Assembly (NCBI GenBank): GCA_963793305.1
Contig: CAWBZV010000003.1
Coordinates: forward strand, 1,376,001 to 1,440,000
DNA from: an uncultured Gemmatimonadales bacterium
GTDB lineage: Bacteria > Gemmatimonadota > Gemmatimonadetes > Gemmatimonadales > Gemmatimonadaceae
Direction of reading: 5' to 3'
DNA: 64,000 nucleotides
This document shows, one piece after another, positions 49,126 through 59,228 of this stretch (its first letter is position 1; the number at the start of each line of letters is the position of its first letter). Both the position numbers and the translations under genes were made by a program. Under the pieces are notes generated by a model, which did not search any database, had not been told where the DNA came from, and saw only the letters and a list, made by a program, of their open reading frames with translations.

Positions 49126-49617
49126 ATGCGACTCGCCACCGCGCTCCTTTCGGCCACGCTCCTCGCCTGCACGTCCGGCACGACGACTCCGCAAGAATCG
49201 TCGGGTCCTCGGGGCGTGTATGGTGAGGTGTACGGCACGCTCGTGTCAGCCGACAGCGGTGCTATCGGGGACTCGGTTGCCGTCACCCTGACGATCACCA
49301 ATTCGTCGTCGTCGTCGATGCAGTTGGTGTACGGTGCGCCGTTCACGTACGCGCGCTGGATGCAGAACGACACGACGTTCACCACCGTCAGCCCGCTGCT
49401 CGCACCCGACACGATCGTCCTCGCCGCCAACGCGGACACGACGCTCACGCCGATCTGGGTCCACCTTTCGACCCAACCGTTGCACCCGCTGCCGACCGCC
49501 GAGGTGATCGGCGTTCCGGCCGGCACCTACAACCTCGCGGCGTGCGCGTTCGTGCCCCAAGGCGCGAACTTCGTTCCCAGCTGCGGCCCGACGGTTCAGT
49601 TCACCGTAACGCCATAG
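49126..49617 (+). CDS. Ig-like lipoprotein
   Basis: Lipobox LLAC; GDSVAVTLTITN...PAGTYNL beta-sandwich pattern. Confidence 0.7.
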   Translation: MRLATALLSATLLACTSGTTTPQESSGPRGVYGEVYGTLVSADSGAIGDSVAVTLTITNSSSSSMQLVYGAPFTYARWMQNDTTFTTVSPLLAPDTIVLAANADTTLTPIWVHLSTQPLHPLPTAEVIGVPAGTYNLAACAFVPQGANFVPSCGPTVQFTVTP

Positions 49618-50587
49618 CCTCGATCGCCCACGCGGCGTGCTCACGCACGACCGGGTCGGGGTCCTCTGACGCCGCACGCTCCAGCATGGGCAACGCGCTC
49701 GCATCACCCCGATTGCCGAGCACGACGGCCGCGTTACGCGCCAGCCCCCGCCGCTTCGCCCGCGTGATCGCGGTCCCGCGATAGCGCTCCCGAAATCCCG
49801 CGTCGTCCAACGCCAACATCTCGACGGCGTCGATCTCCGCCCTGGGCGCGAGCGCTGGCTCATCGAGCGCTCGCGCAAACCGGACGTTCCACGGGCAAAC
49901 GTCCTGGCACACGTCGCAGCCGTAGACGTGGTCGCCGAGCCCCGAGCGGAGCGTCTCGGGAATTGCTCCCTTGAGCTCGATCGTGAGGTACGAGATGCAA
50001 CGCCGCGCGTCCATTACGCCCGGCGCGACCAATGCCTGCGTCGGACAGGCATCGAGACATCGCGTGCACGTCCCACAGTGCTCAGACTCGAATGGCGCGT
50101 CGGCCGTGAGCTCGAGGTCCACCAATATCGCGCCGAGAAAAAAGAACGAGCCGAGTCTCGGATGAATCAGCATCGTGTTCTTGCCGAACCACCCCAGCCC
50201 CGCACGCCGCGCGAGGTCACGCTCCAGAATCGGCCCGGTATCGACGTATGCTTTCCCACTGACTGGTCGCCCCACCTCGGCCTCGAGCCATCGATGCAAC
50301 TCGGCCAGGCGTTCCAGCATCACGTCGTGGTAGTCCCGCCCTCGCGCATATCGCGCGACTGGTCCGTCCGGTTCCTTTCCGCCATAGTCGAGGGCGACAA
50401 CGATCGCGTGGGTCACGCCGGTCACCTCTCGGCGGCGGGCAAGATATGCCATCTCGCCGTGGTATCCCGCCGCGAGCCACGCGTCGAATTGTGCGGCGGT
50501 GTCCGCGGGGCCGAACGCCGCGATGCCGCACAGATCGAAGCCGAGCCCGTAGGCGGCGGCCTTTAGTCGATCTTCGAGGTGGCCCAT
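49601..50587 (-). CDS. queG: Epoxyqueuosine reductase
   Basis: YARGRDYH, VDTGPILER, CGTCTRCLDACP, GCDVCQDVCPWN. Confidence 0.93.
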   Translation of the reverse strand: MGHLEDRLKAAAYGLGFDLCGIAAFGPADTAAQFDAWLAAGYHGEMAYLARRREVTGVTHAIVVALDYGGKEPDGPVARYARGRDYHDVMLERLAELHRWLEAEVGRPVSGKAYVDTGPILERDLARRAGLGWFGKNTMLIHPRLGSFFFLGAILVDLELTADAPFESEHCGTCTRCLDACPTQALVAPGVMDARRCISYLTIELKGAIPETLRSGLGDHVYGCDVCQDVCPWNVRFARALDEPALAPRAEIDAVEMLALDDAGFRERYRGTAITRAKRRGLARNAAVVLGNRGDASALPMLERAASEDPDPVVREHAAWAIEAMALR

Positions 50588-50799
50588 AAGGCGTAGTGCT
50601 CGATATCGCGAGCGGGAGGGACTGCGTCCGCGTCACCGTACGCGGTGTACATGCGCCAGGCCAGGTACGTCCGATCAGGGATCGGCAGGATGGACCCGCG
50701 CGAGCGAAACCGCCACGCGACACGGACGAGCGCCAGTGCCAACCGTGGGTTGAGCACCGCGCGCAGAGTCAGTGTGAAGATGAGTCCGGGCCACGACAT
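50563..50799 (-). CDS. Small hypothetical protein
   Basis: Plausible short ORF (WRFR...PIPDRTYLAWRMYTAYG) overlapping both neighbours on the same strand. Confidence 0.6.
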   Translation of the reverse strand: MSWPGLIFTLTLRAVLNPRLALALVRVAWRFRSRGSILPIPDRTYLAWRMYTAYGDADAVPPARDIEHYALWATSKID

Positions 50800-51914
50800 G
50801 TCCCGTAATCTCGCCTGGGAATCCAACCGAGTGACAGGACGCCCATGGGATCGACGGTCGTGTGGTCGTACCGGATGATCCAGTGCAAGTGCGGTCCGGT
50901 GACGCGTCCGGACTGGCCCACCCGGCCAATGATCTGTCCGCGCTGGACCGTGTCGCCGATCGCCACCGGCGTCGCGCTCAGGTGAAAGTAGCCGGACACG
51001 AGTCCGGCGCCGTGCACGATGTAGACGACGGTTCCGGCGAGATAGAAGTCGGCGACGAGCGCGACGACCCCGCGGTTCGTCGCCTGGACCGGGTCGCCGA
51101 GCTGTCCGCGAAAGTCGACACCGGTATGCCGCGACGTGAGCGTGCCGTTGAATTTGCGTCCGCTGGCGAATCCGCTCGTGATTCGGCTCGCGCGTGGCCG
51201 CATGAAGGGCTGCTGCCAGAGCGGAGGCGTCGCCAGCGCGATCGCGCCGACCGTGCGAGCCAACTCGCTCTCGCCTTCCAACCGCCGCGTGGTGTTCGTC
51301 GTCGCCGGCCGGCTGAACTCGGCCGCGACGCGCAACTTCTCAGGCTTGGCGGCGCTCGCGACCACTGCCGGCGGCGGGGCGGTCACGCCGAGCGTCGTGT
51401 CGCGTTCCGCGATCGTTCCGTCGGCGTATCGATATCGGAGCGCCGCGTGCACCGTCGTCACGTCGAGCGGCACGGCCGCCAGCGCGACGAACGCATTGCC
51501 GCTATCCCGCCGAAACAGAACCGGCTCATCTGCCACCCGCCCCCAAATCGCGCGCACCGAGTCGCCCGCGGACGTCATCTCGATCAGCGTCCCTGGCGCC
51601 GGCTGCGCCGGACGCCAGGCAAGAGAGGACGAGAGAGGAGAGGCCGCCGCGTGCGTCGTATCTTCGCCAGCACAGATCGCGTGCGGCTTCATCGTGACCG
51701 ACGCCTTGCCGTGAGTCACGGCGGCGAGCGAAAGCGCGACGCCGTCAGGCGAGCGCGATTCGATCACCCAACGCCCGTCGGCAACAGACTCGAATGCGAA
51801 GCGACCGGCAGAATCCGCGATGGTGTGCAGCCCCAACTGAGGGATGCTCAGCTTAGCGCCTGCGGAAGCGTGGCCGGTGATTTGAGCGGCCACGGAATTG
51901 AAGGCGATGAGCAC
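50769..51914 (-). CDS. M23 family metallopeptidase with N-terminal carboxypeptidase-regulatory-like domain
   Basis: HTGVD, YFHL, PHLHW; N-terminal ADSAGRFAF; start inferred from -10 box. Confidence 0.75.
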   Translation of the reverse strand: MLIAFNSVAAQITGHASAGAKLSIPQLGLHTIADSAGRFAFESVADGRWVIESRSPDGVALSLAAVTHGKASVTMKPHAICAGEDTTHAAASPLSSSLAWRPAQPAPGTLIEMTSAGDSVRAIWGRVADEPVLFRRDSGNAFVALAAVPLDVTTVHAALRYRYADGTIAERDTTLGVTAPPPAVVASAAKPEKLRVAAEFSRPATTNTTRRLEGESELARTVGAIALATPPLWQQPFMRPRASRITSGFASGRKFNGTLTSRHTGVDFRGQLGDPVQATNRGVVALVADFYLAGTVVYIVHGAGLVSGYFHLSATPVAIGDTVQRGQIIGRVGQSGRVTGPHLHWIIRYDHTTVDPMGVLSLGWIPRRDYGTCRGPDSSSH

Positions 51915-51933
51915 GGTGGGTAGACTACCGCCC
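51915..51933. promoter_or_regulatory. Bidirectional leaderless promoter
   Basis: TAGACT (+, 51921-26) 7 nt before ATG 51934; TAGTCT (-, 51927-22) 7 nt before GTG 51914. Confidence 0.6.
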
Positions 51934-52890
51934 ATGCCAAAGAAGCGGCCCAAACGCGCGAGCGTGCCTCGCACGGCGACGGGCAAGAAGATGGACCTTG
52001 ACGCCTTGCGCACGAACGAGCGCGCCGCGATCGAGGGCGTGCGCGAGCGCACGGAAGAAGGCCACTTGCTCGCGGGCCGCACGCCCCCCTCGCAGCTCCG
52101 CGACGCGAGCCGTCGCTCGGGCGCGGTGCGCGTCGTCGAAGAATCCATTCGCGACCGCCCTCCGATCACGGAAGATGAGAAGCTGCTCCAGGAATCCGGG
52201 CCGCAAGTGGACTTCACGCGGACCGATCCCTGGCGCGTGCTCAAGATCATGAGCGAGTTGATCGAAGGGTTCGACACGCTGGCCGGGATCGAGAAAGGCG
52301 TCTCGGTCTTTGGCTCGGCCCGCACCGGCCCGGACGACCCGCAATATCGCGCGGCCGAGGAGACCGCGAAACTGCTCGCGCGCTCGGGGTTCTCGATTAT
52401 CACCGGCGCCGGCCCCGGTATCATGGAAGCCGCGAACAAGGGATGCCGCGAGGGCGGCGGGCACTCGGTCGGCTGCAACATCGAGCTGCCGTTCGAGCAG
52501 GGCGCGAACCCATATGTCGATACGCTGATCAACTTCCGCTACTTCTTCGTGCGGAAGACCATGTTCATCAAGTACTCGGTGGCGTTCATCATCTTCCCGG
52601 GCGGGTTCGGGACGCTCGACGAGTTGTTCGAGGCGCTCACGCTGATCCAGACGGGGAAGATCTACCAGTTCCCCGTGATTCTGTTCGGCCGCCGCTACTG
52701 GGCGGGCCTGCTGCGCTGGCTGCAGGCCCGGGTGCTGATCGAGAAAAAGATCTCGCCAGGCGATCTCGATCTGATGCTGCTAACGGACGACCCTGACGAG
52801 GCGGCCGCGGCGGTAGTCGCTGCCCACGAGGCTCAAACTCGGGCTGTTGGTGCGCGTCTCGCGAATGGGCGACGAGGACTGAAACCCTGA
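51934..52890 (+). CDS. LOG family protein (TIGR00730-like)
   Basis: SVFGSAR, TGAGPGIMEA, FFVRK, PGGFGTLDE. Confidence 0.9.
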   Translation: MPKKRPKRASVPRTATGKKMDLDALRTNERAAIEGVRERTEEGHLLAGRTPPSQLRDASRRSGAVRVVEESIRDRPPITEDEKLLQESGPQVDFTRTDPWRVLKIMSELIEGFDTLAGIEKGVSVFGSARTGPDDPQYRAAEETAKLLARSGFSIITGAGPGIMEAANKGCREGGGHSVGCNIELPFEQGANPYVDTLINFRYFFVRKTMFIKYSVAFIIFPGGFGTLDELFEALTLIQTGKIYQFPVILFGRRYWAGLLRWLQARVLIEKKISPGDLDLMLLTDDPDEAAAAVVAAHEAQTRAVGARLANGRRGLKP

Positions 52891-53559
52891 GCCATGCCGG
52901 ACGACGACATTGCTGAACGACTTGCCAATGTTCTGGTACGTGAAGTACCCAGTGCCGAACACGTCCGTGCCGGTGCTGTCGATGATGTTGTACGCGTAGT
53001 TCGCCGTGAGCGTGTCGCCGTTGTACTGGTACCCGATGTTGCTCACCTGTCCCGTCAAGAGCTCGATCGTCGGCTGACCCGTGGAGTCGCTCCACGTGCC
53101 CGTCGACGTGTCGGCGACGTGATAGTTCACGTAGTTGAAATTCGCCGGCGGGTGGGTGGTCGCGATGCGCTCATCACGAATCGACAGGTAGTCGATCTCG
53201 ACGGCCGATGAGTCGGTGTTGAGCGAGATGTACGAGCTATCGAGCAGGAAGTTGATGACGCGCGTCGAGTCCGTCGTCACGACGCTGTCTTCCGCGCCGC
53301 CGAAATTGTACGGGAGTGGCTTCCCGAACACCGTAATCAGTCGATACAGCGCAGCAGGCGCGAGACCGGCGGAGTTCCCGCTGGTCCCGCCACCACCGCC
53401 GACAAAGGCCAGGCAGTTTGACCAGTTATTGGTGTTATCGCTTTGCTGATAAGTTTCGCACTGCGGACCAGTGGTATCTGTCAGCGCGCTCCCGTTCCCC
53501 TCGCATGCCGCGAACAACACCGTCGCGCTCGCGACGGCAACCGCCGTGATCCGTCTCAC
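52780..53559 (-). CDS. Hypothetical lipoprotein
   Basis: Lipobox FAAC; beta-rich; 3' end overlaps LOG gene by about 110 nt, so the end is uncertain. Confidence 0.6.
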   Translation of the reverse strand: MRRITAVAVASATVLFAACEGNGSALTDTTGPQCETYQQSDNTNNWSNCLAFVGGGGGTSGNSAGLAPAALYRLITVFGKPLPYNFGGAEDSVVTTDSTRVINFLLDSSYISLNTDSSAVEIDYLSIRDERIATTHPPANFNYVNYHVADTSTGTWSDSTGQPTIELLTGQVSNIGYQYNGDTLTANYAYNIIDSTGTDVFGTGYFTYQNIGKSFSNVVVRHGSGFQSSSPIRETRTNSPSLSLVGSDYRRGRLVRVVR

Positions 53560-53687
53560 TGAAAACGCTCCTCTTCAGGCTCTCGTCGGAACGACGCGAA
53601 ACCGGCTAGGATCGTCACAGCAAACGCATGTATTTCCTGTTGGCCGCGACGTTTGCGGTGGCTGATCGCGGCGCGGTATGTTGCCTT

Positions 53688-54167
53688 ATGATTGAAGCGC
53701 TGAAAGCAAAACTGGGTGAGGAGGTCGAGCGGCTCCAACACGAGCTGAACGTCACACTGCCCAATGAAATACGCAAAGCGGTCGAGCTAGGCGACCTCAG
53801 AGAGAACAGCGAGTACAAGGCTGCCCTTGAGCGGCAGCAGTTCGTCCAGGCCCGGCTGGGCCAGCTGCGCCAGCGGCTCAGTAAGCTCTCCACGATCGAC
53901 CTTGCCCAGATCCCCGCCGACAAAGTCGGCCTCGGCTCGCGCGTGACCGTCGAAGATCAAGCGACCAAGTCGACCGAAGTCTTCAACCTCGTATTCGGCG
54001 ACTCCGTCGAGTTGGAAGACGGCCATGTTTCCATGTCGTCACCGATCGGTCGCGCCCTCGTCGGCCGCGGGCTCGGCGACCTGACCGTGCTCAAGTTGCC
54101 GGCTTCGACGCGCCGCCTGAAGATCGTCGAGCTGCTCACCATCCACGACCTCGGCCAAGCCAGCTAA
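53688..54167 (+). CDS. greA: Transcription elongation factor GreA family
   Basis: LGDLRENSEY, SPIGRALVG. Confidence 0.88.
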   Translation: MIEALKAKLGEEVERLQHELNVTLPNEIRKAVELGDLRENSEYKAALERQQFVQARLGQLRQRLSKLSTIDLAQIPADKVGLGSRVTVEDQATKSTEVFNLVFGDSVELEDGHVSMSSPIGRALVGRGLGDLTVLKLPASTRRLKIVELLTIHDLGQAS

Positions 54168-54170
54168 GGG

Positions 54171-55802
54171 TTACGGATCGACGCCGAACACGCGCTCCGC
54201 GTCGGCGTCATACTGCGCAACCGCCGTGGCTCGCTCACCAGCGTCCCAGCCGCGGATCGGCGCGAGCAGCTCGGCGACACGAGGTGCAACCGCGCGGCCA
54301 GCATCCCGGGTCTCAAACGCAATCTGCGTCCGACGCATGAGCACGTCGCAAACCGTACACGCCATCTCGCGCTCGGCCGCGTAGAGCACCTCGGCAGCGA
54401 TGTACGGCAATCCCGCCACGAGCGGCTCGGCGAGTGCCCGATCGCGCTCGGCGAACGCCCACACGAGCGGCCACCGATCGCCGTACGCCCGCACGAGCCG
54501 GCTGGCGATGTCGTGTGAGCCGACCCGGGCGGCCGCAGCACTGATGGTATCGGCGGTGGCGCCGAGTGCTCCGCCCGGGAGGAGCAGGGACTGCGTCGCC
54601 GCCGCCGTTACGGTCCGGCCCAACGCTCGCTCGACCGCATCCACGACCTCGGCCGCCATGGATCGATACGTCGTGAGCTTGCCGCCGCTGATGCTGATGA
54701 CACCGCCGGCACTCGTGTCGATCGAATGCTCGCGCGACAGAGAAGCCGGATCAGTGCCGGTCTCACGCACATTGGCGCTGAGCGGCCGGATGCCGGCCCA
54801 CGTACTGACCACGTCCGCGTCGTTCAGCCCTGCCGCGGGAAACGCCGCGTTGGCGGATTCGAGCAGATAGGCGATGTCCGACCGCGATGCCCGGACCGCG
54901 TCCGGTGTCGCGGTCGTCTGCGTGTCGGTCGTCCCGATGATGGTGAGCGCCCCAAACGGCAGCACGAACATGACGCGCCCGTCAACGACCGAGAGCAACG
55001 TGACCGCGCCATGGTTGCCCACGCGCGCGGCCGGCACGGCGAGATGCACGCCTTTCGTGCCTTGCACCGCCTGCGGCGCATCGGGCCGATCCATCCGCCG
55101 GATAGCGGTACTCCATGGCCCGGCCGCATTCACGGTGACGCCCGAGCGGATGGTCGTCGACCCACTCCCGAACGCATCAGCGACAATCGCCCCCACGACA
55201 CGCTCGCCCGAGTGCACGAGCTCGCACACGCTCGCGTGATTGACCACGACGGCTCCCGCTTCGGCCGCCGCCAACGCATTCGCCAACGTCAGCCTCGCGT
55301 CGTCCGTCGCCGCGTCCCAATACTGCGCGCCACCTTGCAGGCCGTCGGATCGCAAGGCCGGCTCGTTGGCGAGCACTTGCGCGACCGACAGCTGCCGGTG
55401 CGTGCCGACGTTCCGGAAGAGCGCCAGCGCGTCATAGAGCAGGAGCCCGGCGCCGAGCTTCCACCGGGGCACCCGGGCGCCCGCGTAGACCGGCCACGTG
55501 AACGCGAGCGGGTGCACGAGGTGCGGCGCGATCGACAGCAACGTCCGTCGTTCGCGACTGGCCTCGAAGACGAGATGCAGGTACCCGTGCTCGAGATACC
55601 GGACCCCGCCGTGCACGAGCCGGGACGAGCGGCTCAACGTCCCGCTCGCGAAATCGTCGCGCTCGACGAGCGCGGTCTTGAGCCCGCGCAGCGCCGCGTC
55701 TCTCGCAATGCCGGCGCCCGTGATCCCACCACCAATGACCAGCACATCGAACGGCGCCGCACCAAGCTGGCTGAAGTTCCGAAGTGGCAGCGGAGAAGGC
55801 AC
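54171..55802 (-). CDS. glpD: FAD-dependent glycerol-3-phosphate dehydrogenase
   Basis: IGGGITG, SRSSRLVHGGVRYL, DDARL, GTTD, GGKLTTYR. Confidence 0.9.
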   Translation of the reverse strand: MPSPLPLRNFSQLGAAPFDVLVIGGGITGAGIARDAALRGLKTALVERDDFASGTLSRSSRLVHGGVRYLEHGYLHLVFEASRERRTLLSIAPHLVHPLAFTWPVYAGARVPRWKLGAGLLLYDALALFRNVGTHRQLSVAQVLANEPALRSDGLQGGAQYWDAATDDARLTLANALAAAEAGAVVVNHASVCELVHSGERVVGAIVADAFGSGSTTIRSGVTVNAAGPWSTAIRRMDRPDAPQAVQGTKGVHLAVPAARVGNHGAVTLLSVVDGRVMFVLPFGALTIIGTTDTQTTATPDAVRASRSDIAYLLESANAAFPAAGLNDADVVSTWAGIRPLSANVRETGTDPASLSREHSIDTSAGGVISISGGKLTTYRSMAAEVVDAVERALGRTVTAAATQSLLLPGGALGATADTISAAAARVGSHDIASRLVRAYGDRWPLVWAFAERDRALAEPLVAGLPYIAAEVLYAAEREMACTVCDVLMRRTQIAFETRDAGRAVAPRVAELLAPIRGWDAGERATAVAQYDADAERVFGVDP

Positions 55803-55820
55803 GGGTCTAATTTCCGTTAG

Positions 55821-57116
55821 ATGCCGACCTTTGGAAATGGCCGCCGGGTGGCGATCGTCGCCGGCCTGCGGACGCCGTTCGCCAAAGCAGGGACGGTCTT
55901 CAAAACCGTAAGCGCGATCGAGCTCGGCCGCCTCTGCGTGACCGAGTTGGTCGAGCGGTCGAACCTCGACGGCGAGGACGTCGACGCACTCATCTTCGGC
56001 ACGGTCGTTCCGTCCGTGCTCGCGCCGAACATCGCGCGCGAAGTCTCGTTACTGCCAATTTTTCCAAAGGGCATCCCGGCGTTCACGGTCGGCCGCGCCT
56101 GTGCCTCGGCGAACCAGGCGATCACCGACGGCGCCGACCAGATCGCGCTCGGCCAGGCGAACGTCGTCATCGCCGGCGGCGCGGAGTCGCTCTCGGCTGT
56201 GCCAATTCTGCACTCGCGCGCGTTCTCCGACATCCTCCTCGACGCGAGCAAAGCGAAGTCCGTTCCGGCCAAGATCGCCGCGCTGGCGCGGACGCGACCC
56301 CGTGACCTCGTGCCGGTGACCCCCGCGATCGCCGAGCCATCGACTGGCGAGACGATGGGGCAGTCGGCCGAGAAGATGGCCAAGATCAACCACATTCCGC
56401 GCGACGAGCAGGACCAGCTCGCGCTGCGCTCCCATCGGCTCGCGGCCGCCGGCACGGCCGACGGGCGTCTGACGGCCGAGATCGCGCCGGTCTACGTGGC
56501 CCCCAAGTTCGAGACGGTGGTCACGTCGGACAATGGCATCCGGGAGAACACGAGCCTGGAGCAGCTCGCGGCGCTCAAGCCGGTGTTCGACCGCAAGTAC
56601 GGTACGATCACCGCCGGCAACTCCTCGCCGCTCACCGACGGCGGCGCCGCCGTCATCCTGATGGGCGAAGACACGGCCAAGGCGCTCGGCTTCACGCCGA
56701 TCGCGTTTATTCGCTCATACGCCTACGCCGCGCTCGATCCCGGCGAGCAACTCTTGCAGGCGCCGGTGCTCGCTGCGCCCAATGCGTTGCGACGTGCCGG
56801 ACTGACGTTGGCCGACATCGATCTCTTCGAGATGCACGAGGCGTTTGCGGCCCAAGTCCTGTCGAACCTGTGCGGCTTCGAGTCCCAATACTGGGCCGAG
56901 CGCGCGGGCCTTACCAAGCCACTGGGCGCCGTTGATCGGGCGAGGCTCAATGTCATGGGTGGGTCCATTGCTATTGGCCATCCGTTCGGTGCGACGGGCG
57001 CAAGAATTCTGACGACGCTCGTCAACGAGCTGCGCCGGCGCAATGGACAGTTCGGCATGATGACCGTGTGTGCCGCCGGCGGGATGGGTCACGCCATGAT
57101 CGTGGAGCGCGCCTAA
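55821..57116 (+). CDS. fadI: 3-ketoacyl-CoA thiolase
   Basis: RACAS, MHEAFAAQ, GHPFGATG, CAAGG; adjacent to fadJ. Confidence 0.88.
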   Translation: MPTFGNGRRVAIVAGLRTPFAKAGTVFKTVSAIELGRLCVTELVERSNLDGEDVDALIFGTVVPSVLAPNIAREVSLLPIFPKGIPAFTVGRACASANQAITDGADQIALGQANVVIAGGAESLSAVPILHSRAFSDILLDASKAKSVPAKIAALARTRPRDLVPVTPAIAEPSTGETMGQSAEKMAKINHIPRDEQDQLALRSHRLAAAGTADGRLTAEIAPVYVAPKFETVVTSDNGIRENTSLEQLAALKPVFDRKYGTITAGNSSPLTDGGAAVILMGEDTAKALGFTPIAFIRSYAYAALDPGEQLLQAPVLAAPNALRRAGLTLADIDLFEMHEAFAAQVLSNLCGFESQYWAERAGLTKPLGAVDRARLNVMGGSIAIGHPFGATGARILTTLVNELRRRNGQFGMMTVCAAGGMGHAMIVERA

Positions 57117-59228
57117 GTGAGCGCGCTTACTGTCGAGACTCGCGACAGTATTGCTCTGATCACGTTCGACACACCGGGCTCGTCGGTCAACACGTTCGCG
57201 CCAGCGGCGCGGGCCGAGTTCATCGCGGTGCTCGACCGGCTGGAAAAAGACAGCAGCATCAAGGCGGCCGTGCTCTTCTCCGGCAAGCCCAATGTCTGGA
57301 TCGCTGGCGCCAACGTCGAAGAGCTGATGTCACTCCCGACCGCCGCCGACGCCGAGCGATTGAGCCAGATGGGGCACGCGCTCATGGACCGCGTCCAGCG
57401 GCTCCGCGCCCCGCTCATCGCGGCGATTCAAGGCGCGTGCTTGGGCGGCGGCCTCGAGCTCGCGCTCGCCTGCGCCTATCGCATCGCGGCCGACACGCCG
57501 AAAACAGTCCTGGCGCTGCCCGAGGTCAACCTCGGCCTGATTCCGGGCGCCGGCGGCACCCAACGGTTGCCGCGCACCGTCGGCCTGCAACAGGCGCTCG
57601 ACATGATCTTGCGCGGTGGCAACGTGCGGGGCCGCAAGGCGCTGTCGACCGCGCTCATCGATGAGCTGGTGCATCCGGCGATCTTGCGCGAGATCGCGCT
57701 GGCCCGCGCGCAGGCATTTGCGGCCGGTCGTCCGCCGGCGCGACGGAAGCCCAGCGGTGCGGCGGCGCAACGGTTGCTGCTGGAGGCGAATCCCGTCGGA
57801 CGCGCGGTCATCTTCCGGCAGGCGCGCGAGCAGATTCGCGCGAAGACGCACGGGAATTATCCCGCGCCGATCGCGGCGATCGAAGCCGTCGCCGCTGGAT
57901 ACTCGGGGAACGGCTACGAGACCGAAGCCCGATTGTTCGGCACGTGCGCCGTGTCCGAAGTCTCCAAGAATTTAGTGTACATATTCTTCGCGCAGACCGC
58001 GCTGAAGAAATCGGACCCGGGTGCACCGATAAAAAAGATCGCGGTCCTCGGCACGGGCTTCATGGGCGCGGGGATTGCCTCGGTCGCGGTTCAGCAAAAC
58101 ATCAACGTCCGGTTCAAGGACACCGAGTACGGTCGCGTACTCAAGGGCTTGGCGGCCGTGCGCGGGGTGATCAAAGAACGGCTGACCCGCAAGCAGATCA
58201 CGCGCCAACAATTCGACGACATGATGTCCCTGGTCCAGGGGACCATCGCCTATACGGGTTTCGGGAATGTGCAGGTGGTGATCGAGGCCGTCTTCGAGAG
58301 CCTCGAGGTCAAGCATGCGGTGCTGAAAGAAGTCGAGGCCGTGGTGCCACCCACGACGATCTACGCGTCGAACACGAGCACGATCCCGATCGCGAAGATC
58401 GCCGATGCGTCCCGGGACCGCTCGCACGTGATCGGCATGCACTTCTTCTCGCCGGTCCCGAAGATGCCGCTGCTCGAGGTGATCGTCACTCCAGAGACCG
58501 ACCCGGCGGTGACGTCGACCGTACGCGCACTGGGCCAGCGCCTCGGCAAAACCGTGATCGTCGTCCACGACAGTCCAGGCTTTTACGTCAACCGGATACT
58601 CGCCCCGTATATCAATGAAGCGGGACGGATGCTGGACGAAGGCGTCGCCGTCGACGCGATCGACCGCGCGCTCGTCGCCTTCGGCTTCCCGGTCGGACCG
58701 ATCACGCTGATCGACGAGGTCGGCCTCGACATCGCCGGCGAGTCCGGCAAGATCATGAGCGCGAGCTTCGGCGCGCGCCTCACGCCCTCGACCTCACTCG
58801 AGCGCGTGATCGCCGCCGGCCGCCTCGGCCGCAAGAACCGCAAGGGATTCTATCTGTACGACGACGCCGGCGAAAAGAAAGGCGTCGATTCGTCGGTCTA
58901 CACCCTGCTCCCAACCGGCGCGCAGCGCAGCACGATCCCGGACGACGACATCCAGCGGCGCGCGGTCCTGGCGATGGTCAACGAAGCGGTGCGGTGCCTC
59001 GAAGACGGCGTCATCAGCTCCGCCCGCGACGGCGACATTGGCGCCGTCTTTGGATTCGGGTTCCCACCGTTCCGCGGTGGACCCTTCCGCTATATCGACC
59101 ACCTGGGCGCCGACGCCGTCGTCAAGAAACTGGAAGAGCTCAACGACCGCTATGCCCCGCGCTTCGCGCCGACCGAGCTCCTCGTCGAGCACGGGCGCAA
59201 GAAATTGCCATTTACTACTCTCAAGTGA
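57117..59228 (+). CDS. fadJ: Fatty acid oxidation complex alpha subunit
   Basis: GGGLE/LPEV hydratase domain; [31 protein letters not shown]. Confidence 0.9.
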   Translation: MSALTVETRDSIALITFDTPGSSVNTFAPAARAEFIAVLDRLEKDSSIKAAVLFSGKPNVWIAGANVEELMSLPTAADAERLSQMGHALMDRVQRLRAPLIAAIQGACLGGGLELALACAYRIAADTPKTVLALPEVNLGLIPGAGGTQRLPRTVGLQQALDMILRGGNVRGRKALSTALIDELVHPAILREIALARAQAFAAGRPPARRKPSGAAAQRLLLEANPVGRAVIFRQAREQIRAKTHGNYPAPIAAIEAVAAGYSGNGYETEARLFGTCAVSEVSKNLVYIFFAQTALKKSDPGAPIKKIAVLGTGFMGAGIASVAVQQNINVRFKDTEYGRVLKGLAAVRGVIKERLTRKQITRQQFDDMMSLVQGTIAYTGFGNVQVVIEAVFESLEVKHAVLKEVEAVVPPTTIYASNTSTIPIAKIADASRDRSHVIGMHFFSPVPKMPLLEVIVTPETDPAVTSTVRALGQRLGKTVIVVHDSPGFYVNRILAPYINEAGRMLDEGVAVDAIDRALVAFGFPVGPITLIDEVGLDIAGESGKIMSASFGARLTPSTSLERVIAAGRLGRKNRKGFYLYDDAGEKKGVDSSVYTLLPTGAQRSTIPDDDIQRRAVLAMVNEAVRCLEDGVISSARDGDIGAVFGFGFPPFRGGPFRYIDHLGADAVVKKLEELNDRYAPRFAPTELLVEHGRKKLPFTTLK

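Noticed and set aside
50769..52532. 587-aa version of the M23 ORF
   Set aside because: The N-terminal extension is antisense to the LOG gene; the real start is near 51914-51935
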